From positions 1 through 11,057 of the forward strand of contig JAEOUE010000215.1 in the NCBI GenBank assembly GCA_016839515.1: a DNA stretch of 11,057 nt, given 5' to 3'. This document shows, in pieces, positions 8,311 through 11,057 of this stretch. Source of the DNA: Candidatus Hodarchaeum mangrovi. GTDB taxonomy: Archaea; Asgardarchaeota; Heimdallarchaeia; Hodarchaeales; Hodarchaeaceae. A model generated the notes under the pieces. It was not told the DNA's origin. It saw only the letters and a list, made by a program, of their open reading frames with translations, and did no database searches. The stretch's first letter is position 1, and every line of letters begins with the position of its first letter. The position numbers were made by a program, and so were the translations under genes.

Positions 8311-9120
8311 ATGGAAACGCCTGAAAGTTTTGATGAACGAGTCATCAAGGCGTTAAATCATGACATAAGGCGAAAGATACTTCTTGAGCTTTATGAACAT
8401 GGCTTAGCTGGGTATTCTGATTTAGCACGAGTTCTTAATTTAAAACCCGGTGTATTCTACCATCATGTTAGGATTTTAGAAGATGCATTATTGATTGAAC
8501 AAGATCAAGAAAAAATTTACCAGATTACATATCGAGTTTATCAGGCTCTAGAATTCTTAAAAACATCTTTTGTACCAATAGAAACCTCTGATGGATTCTC
8601 TTGGTTGAATCATTATAATTTATTTTCATCGAAAATAAGTTCAAGACCATTATTTATCTCAATTCTCCTAATTGGGTTGATTTCAATGTTTTTAATTTAT
8701 CTGAATCTAGTGAAGAAAATAGGAATTATTGGATTTTTTATATTTACAGAAAAAGATCCAATTCTGTTAATAATTCTGAGTTTTAGCTCAATAGGTTTAG
8801 AAATAATAATTTATTTTCTTGTTTATCAGCTACTCGTTAAACGCTCCTTTTATAAAGCAGACCTACTTGCTAATTTTTTATTCCCCCCTGCATTTATCTT
8901 TTTGATCATAGTTATCTTTAGTTTAATTTCCGATTTACCTCTCTTCTTGGATTTTTCAGGAATTCTAGGATTATTATTCAGTTTATTTTCGCAAATTTTT
9001 AGTTTAAGCTATTATCTCCACCTATTTCATAGATCGGGGTTAAGAACATTAGATAGAGTCTTAATACTCCTCCTAATTGTGCAATACGGCAATTTACTCG
9101 TACTTTATGCCCTTACATGA
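8311..9120 (+). CDS. Membrane-anchored ArsR/HTH_20-like winged-helix transcriptional regulator (about 5 C-terminal TM helices)
   Basis: VIKALNHDIRRKILLEL...YSDLARVLNLKPGVFYHHVRIL...IYQIT is a wHTH, followed by several hydrophobic helices. GAGGT RBS-like site at 8295-8299. Confidence 0.85.
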   Translation: METPESFDERVIKALNHDIRRKILLELYEHGLAGYSDLARVLNLKPGVFYHHVRILEDALLIEQDQEKIYQITYRVYQALEFLKTSFVPIETSDGFSWLNHYNLFSSKISSRPLFISILLIGLISMFLIYLNLVKKIGIIGFFIFTEKDPILLIILSFSSIGLEIIIYFLVYQLLVKRSFYKADLLANFLFPPAFIFLIIVIFSLISDLPLFLDFSGILGLLFSLFSQIFSLSYYLHLFHRSGLRTLDRVLILLLIVQYGNLLVLYALT

Positions 9121-9148
9121 AATTTCCTGTTAGGATTAAACTATTCTA

Positions 9149-9162
9149 TTTTTCTAGAAAAA
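9149..9162. promoter_or_regulatory. Perfect 14-bp palindrome TTTTTCTAGAAAAA, candidate operator
   Basis: Seen directly, between the regulator and paralog B. The T-run could also act as a terminator. Confidence 0.45.
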
Positions 9163-9250
9163 CCCCAGTTTTGTGAAAATGTAAGTTAATGTATAAACAA
9201 GACCAAATTTTGGATTATTTTAGATTATTTCCAAAAATGGTGAAAAAATT

Positions 9251-10369
9251 ATGTTAAAAATCAAAAACTCAATTTTTCCACGAAGGCTATTATCCATAAC
9301 ATCAATTATAGCTTTTATGGTTTTAGGACTTATACTAAGTTCTATGGTAATTATTGATGGAGTTGCTACTCCAACCGAAGATGATGAAAGTGATTCCTCT
9401 AATATAAGCGATATTTTTGATATTGAGGATGAAGAGGATAACGATCATGATGATGATGGCGTCGAGGACGACATAGAAGAAGCAAATGAGCGCGAATTAA
9501 AAATAGAAGTATCCTCAGAAGAAGCCAAAATCGCATCTGAACGAAAAATCGGAACCCAAAAGGATGAAATCAAGATCGAAGTCAAAACAACTGATGAGCC
9601 TGAAGTAAAGGTAGAATACTCCTCTGAGGTTGATTCATTAGAGATCGAATTAGCATTCAAAATTCGATTCTATCTTCTTGCTGAATATCTTGATCTTGAT
9701 TCTAATGGAGTCTATAATGAAACCATTGATGAACTTGTTCAAGAAATCCGTCTAGATTCAATTGACTATGAACCAATTTCACTTCAGACGGTTCCAGGAG
9801 CGGGTAATACAACCTTGTATATTATGAATATTACTTCCTCTAATAGGATTTTCTCTCTGCAATTCTATCTTGCCAATGAATTTGCTAATGTGAATGGTGT
9901 TCTAATTGCTCCAACTGAAGTTAAACTTGATATAGCAATCAATAATTTCCCATTCCTAAATGAAAGTTCATTATTGGCCCTAGAATTAAAACTAGAGGCT
10001 GAATCGGAATATAAACACGAAGAAGATACAGAAGACGAGGTAGAAGGGCGATCTGAGAACGAAGAAGGAGTTGATGTAGAAATGAATGGATTTTTTGGTT
10101 TCTTTTCATGGAATGAAAATGCATTCATTGATGGAGTTATTACCCCAATCCTTGCTAGTCCCGTATCTGAGGATAATCTCAATTCCAATGAGCAAAAAAT
10201 TTACTTAAATTACCCACATGGGACAAATATTCTACATGATCCAAAGATCGGAGTTGAGGGTATTATCCAAGCAGGAAGTCAAAGCTTGACAAATGGATTT
10301 TTAGTTCCAATAAGCATCATTGCCCTTTCTGTTGCTAGCGGACTTTTTATTCGAAAGAAAAGAAGGTAA
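9251..10369 (+). CDS. Acidic membrane-anchored surface glycoprotein, paralog B (unknown function), with PGF-CTERM-like tail
   Basis: GGTGA RBS at 9239-9243. Signal peptide, long D/E tract, DxDxNG loop, YPHG...HDPKIGV, and C-terminal TNGF + hydrophobic helix + RKKRR. Confidence 0.87.
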   Translation: MLKIKNSIFPRRLLSITSIIAFMVLGLILSSMVIIDGVATPTEDDESDSSNISDIFDIEDEEDNDHDDDGVEDDIEEANERELKIEVSSEEAKIASERKIGTQKDEIKIEVKTTDEPEVKVEYSSEVDSLEIELAFKIRFYLLAEYLDLDSNGVYNETIDELVQEIRLDSIDYEPISLQTVPGAGNTTLYIMNITSSNRIFSLQFYLANEFANVNGVLIAPTEVKLDIAINNFPFLNESSLLALELKLEAESEYKHEEDTEDEVEGRSENEEGVDVEMNGFFGFFSWNENAFIDGVITPILASPVSEDNLNSNEQKIYLNYPHGTNILHDPKIGVEGIIQAGSQSLTNGFLVPISIIALSVASGLFIRKKRR

Positions 10370-10388
10370 TTCTTCTTTTCCTTTTTTA
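10370..10388 (+). terminator. Putative oligo-T terminator
   Basis: Pyrimidine run TTCTTCTTTTCCTTTTTT directly after the paralog B stop. Confidence 0.45.
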
Positions 10389-10416
10389 TCTTAGCAATAA
10401 GAAAAGGAGTACTCAC

Positions 10417-10788
10417 TTGAATCAGGAAATACCAATTAATTTATTTGTTTATGGGAATTATTTGACTGGTTTTCGAAATCATTATGTATTACAAAATCTA
10501 GAACCTAAAATAGGCATTCTTTCGGATTACCGTCGAATATGGCCTCCTGATAAACCTTTTCCAATAATTCTTCAAGATCAACATAGTTTTGTACGAGGTG
10601 AATTTTACCAGAATATCCCTGTTGTTCTTCTCCAAGAGCTTGATTGGATTGAGGGAGAAGGTAATTTATTCCATCGTATTAAGGTTCTTATTCAAATACT
10701 CAGATCTAATTCATCAAAATCTGCATATGCCTATTACCCTAGTTCAGCTCTTATTAAGGAATTTACTCGACAAAAAATCCTCAATTAA
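10417..10788 (+). CDS. Gamma-glutamylcyclotransferase (GGCT/AIG2-like) family protein
   Basis: LFVYG...GFRNH, VRGEFY, LDWIEG (catalytic Glu position), FHR and AYAY motifs. AGGAG RBS at 10405-10409 before the TTG. Confidence 0.85.
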   Translation: MNQEIPINLFVYGNYLTGFRNHYVLQNLEPKIGILSDYRRIWPPDKPFPIILQDQHSFVRGEFYQNIPVVLLQELDWIEGEGNLFHRIKVLIQILRSNSSKSAYAYYPSSALIKEFTRQKILN

Positions 10789-10800
10789 TTTAAAATCCGA

Positions 10801-11055
10801 TTATTTCCCTAATCTTTGTAGACGAGGTTGCTGCACAAGTAAGCTTTCTAAGAGCTGTTTTTCTTTTTCTCTTGGAGGGAGGATTTCGGAAATAGTTTGA
10901 CAATAACGCCAAAAAAGCTCATTAGTCAGTATATTCATTTCTGTTAGAAATGATACAAGTTCAGATTCTTGTTCTTTTGCCCAGAATTGTAAAGATCGAT
11001 GCATAATATTAATGAGAGTATCATAGTTACTGATTAAACGTCGCTCCTGAGATAA
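10801..11055 (-). CDS. Partial CDS (C-terminus), probable DUF1156-domain adenine DNA methylase
   Basis: The frame stays open to the window end (LSQERRLISNYDTLINIMHRSLQFW...). The pattern LINIMHRSLxxW...FWRYCQTISEILP..EKEKQLLESLL matches my recollection of the C-terminal helical region of DUF1156 methylases. No catalytic motifs are visible in the window. Confidence 0.55.
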   Translation of the reverse strand, partial: LSQERRLISNYDTLINIMHRSLQFWAKEQESELVSFLTEMNILTNELFWRYCQTISEILPPREKEKQLLESLLVQQPRLQRLGK

Positions 11056-11057
11056 AA

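Noticed and set aside
6132-10188. Minus-strand ORFs 6132-6314, 7258-7512, 9445-9660, 9865-10188, 9939-10124
   Set aside because: Antisense shadows. The Ser-rich ones simply mirror GAA/GAT-rich acidic coding on the + strand.
10589-10900. 103-aa + strand ORF
   Set aside because: Overlaps both the GGCT gene and the convergent partial CDS, and has no motif support.
1-11057. CRISPR arrays, tRNA/rRNA, IS elements, integrases
   Set aside because: No regularly spaced repeats, RNA-gene signatures, transposase motifs or terminal inverted repeats seen by eye; intergenic regions are all under about 240 nt.

Overview
AT-rich, gene-dense window that looks archaeal: BRE/TATA-like boxes, GGTGA/GAGGT ribosome-binding sites, oligo-T terminators and C-terminally anchored surface proteins with N-glycosylation sequons. 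The gene style suggests an Asgard (Heimdall/Hodarchaeales-like) origin, but that is inference. In order: the C-terminus of a surface protein; a PadR regulator divergent from a heterodimeric TM287/288-type ABC exporter with one degenerate ATPase site, with an ATATGT-N9-ACATAT candidate operator between them; an ICMT/PEMT-family membrane methyltransferase; an orphan beta-class (SPPY) DNA methyltransferase; a cassette of two paralogous acidic, putatively Ca-binding surface proteins flanking a membrane-anchored winged-helix regulator, with a shared TTTTCTAGAA palindrome upstream of the last two genes; a gamma-glutamylcyclotransferase; and the 3' end of a probable DUF1156-type DNA methylase. The paralog-regulator-paralog cassette is the best candidate for an undescribed system.
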